Of a DNA stretch of 32,000 nucleotides, positions 30,815 through 32,000 are shown one piece after another (position 1 is the first letter of the stretch; each line of letters starts with the position of its first letter). The notes under the pieces were generated by a model, which saw only the letters and a program-made list of their open reading frames with translations, searched no databases and was not told where the DNA came from. This DNA comes from Ignicoccus hospitalis KIN4/I. GTDB taxonomy: Archaea; Thermoproteota; Thermoprotei_A; Sulfolobales; Ignicoccaceae. The stretch spans positions 480,001-512,000 of the forward strand of contig NC_009776.1 in NCBI RefSeq assembly GCF_000017945.1, in the 5' to 3' direction. Both the position numbers and the translations under genes were made by a program.

Positions 30815-32000
30815 TGGGGCCCGGCCGAGACGGGCTCCCCGAGCTCCTCTATAGGGAAGCCGTTCAAGAAGGCCCTCAGCTTCCCCGGGAGCTCCTCGAC
30901 CCTTACGCGTACTTGCTTCCACGTGTCCCTGTCCCTCAGCGTTACGGTGTTGTCCTCAAGGGTCTGGAAGTCCACCGTTATGGCCGCCGGCACGCCCACC
31001 TCGTCGTACCTCGCGTACCTCCGCCCTATCGAACCCTTCTCGTCGTACTCCACGCGGAAGCCCGCGTCGGCCAAGAGCTTCCAGACCTCCTTGGCCTTCT
31101 CGACCAACGGCTTCTCTTCTAAGAGCGGCAGCACCACCGCTTCTATTGGAGCTAGCCTCCGGGGCAAGCTCAGCACTAGCCTCCCCTCCCTCTCCTTCAA
31201 GGCGTACTCTAAGGTGACGTACAACAACCTCTCCACGCCGAAGGAGGGCTCCACGACGTGGGGCACGAAGCGCTCTCCGGTCACCTTCTCCTCCGCCTCC
31301 TCTACCCACACCAAGCCCCTTTCCAACCTCTCGCCCGCCACCTCGACGTAGCCCTTCTCCTCCAAGCTCTTCTCCACCTCTTCGGGGTTCATCCTCTTCA
31401 GCTCCTCTATCACTTGCTTCGCCTTGGCCTTCAACCTTATACCTATTTCTTTTGCGTTCCACTTCACTACCTTTACCTTAACGACCTTAGGCTCCTTGTA
31501 CTTCCTGAAGGCGTACAGATCCTTGCCGCTGAACTTTATGTGCCTACTTAAGTCGTAGTCGCCCCGGTAGGCGTGGCCGCTGACCTCCATCCAGCCGTAG
31601 CGTTCAGTCTTCACCAACTGGTCGTACGTCTGGGAGGAGTAGTGGGCCCTCTCCTCCGGCCCTTTCTCCTCGAAGTACTGGTTCTCGTCGGGTACGCCCA
31701 ACTCGTTTAACAGCTCCTTGGCCTTCAACATCCAATAAGCCATCCACTTGTTTATTATCCATCCCTTCTCCAAGGCTTCTCTGACCGTCACCTCCACGGG
31801 CTCTTTCCTCCCCTCCTTAGCTAGCTCCCAAGGCAGGAGCCTCAGCTTGGCGTCGTAGTCCAACGGAGGTTCGCCGGGGTCCAAGGGGTCGATGAAGAAC
31901 TCTATCTCAGCTATTGTGAACTCCCTAAGCCTCAACAACCCTTGACGGGGAGATATCTCGTTCCTCCCTACTCTGCCTATCTGCGCTATCCCGAAGGGGA
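30811..32000 (-). CDS. glyS: Glycine--tRNA ligase (archaeal/eukaryotic class II type), 5'-truncated by window edge
   Basis: GRVGRNEISPRQGLLRLREFTIAEIEFF (motif 2 region), VVEPSFGVERLLY (motif 3) and a C-terminal anticodon-binding domain (LAPIEAVVLPL). The frame is open to nt 32000. Confidence 0.9.
   Translation of the reverse strand, partial: PFGIAQIGRVGRNEISPRQGLLRLREFTIAEIEFFIDPLDPGEPPLDYDAKLRLLPWELAKEGRKEPVEVTVREALEKGWIINKWMAYWMLKAKELLNELGVPDENQYFEEKGPEERAHYSSQTYDQLVKTERYGWMEVSGHAYRGDYDLSRHIKFSGKDLYAFRKYKEPKVVKVKVVKWNAKEIGIRLKAKAKQVIEELKRMNPEEVEKSLEEKGYVEVAGERLERGLVWVEEAEEKVTGERFVPHVVEPSFGVERLLYVTLEYALKEREGRLVLSLPRRLAPIEAVVLPLLEEKPLVEKAKEVWKLLADAGFRVEYDEKGSIGRRYARYDEVGVPAAITVDFQTLEDNTVTLRDRDTWKQVRVRVEELPGKLRAFLNGFPIEELGEPVSAGPQ

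Noticed and set aside
30815-30922. 36-codon N-terminal extension of the PIN-protein ORF
   Set aside because: It lies within the glyS coding region and is R/G-rich. The ATG at 30814 forms a classic ATGA junction and is immediately followed by the first beta-strand.
1-32000. CRISPR arrays, cas genes, transposases, IS elements, long tandem or inverted repeats
   Set aside because: Scanning by eye on both strands found none. The only repeats noticed were trivial: a 9-nt x2 duplication at 13131-13148, a short TA run at ~22373-22382, and a 7-nt inverted repeat at 27383/27437. A computational repeat search would be needed to exclude diverged repeats.

Overview
Dense 32-kb stretch of a GC-rich archaeal chromosome. 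The gene content looks crenarchaeal and hyperthermophile-like, but the species cannot be determined from sequence alone. Archaeal markers include a CTP-type riboflavin kinase, a GHMP-type shikimate kinase, isopentenyl phosphate kinase, Thi4, XerA, TTAAATAG-type TATA boxes and GGAGGTGATC Shine-Dalgarno motifs. I call about 40 protein genes, many joined by 4-nt ATGA/GTGA/TTGA overlaps. Most are housekeeping: nadK-cbiX-DUF371; an ArsB/NhaD-type permease; shikimate kinase; a nuoL-M-A-B-CD respiratory cluster; ribK; xerA; a small ABC ATPase; a rimI / MobA-like / UbiD-like operon divergent from coaBC; an MFS transporter; a thi4 / CinA-like / orf89 / DHH operon; hisI; a USP plus AmmeMemoRadiSam-type radical SAM gene; a ParA/MinD-like ATPase; isopentenyl phosphate kinase; and partial glyS. 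Two beta-propeller (WD40-like) proteins are also present. Three RNA genes are invisible to the ORF track: tRNA-Arg(UCU), tRNA-Gln(CUG) and a type-A RNase P RNA. I found no CRISPR array, transposase or clear integrated element. The observations most worth follow-up are: (1) a Rossmann/CARF-like-PIN protein translationally coupled to glyS and sitting just upstream of the RNase P RNA; (2) the tightly coupled thi4-COG1058-orf89-DHH operon; (3) a xerA frame with no stop codon for 317 extra codons; (4) a MobA-like gene whose nucleotide-binding motif lies upstream of any canonical start codon; (5) an atypically ordered, incomplete nuo cluster; (6) several sub-60-aa membrane ORFs with strong SD motifs. 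None of these is proven to be a new system; all functional readings are inference from motifs read by eye.
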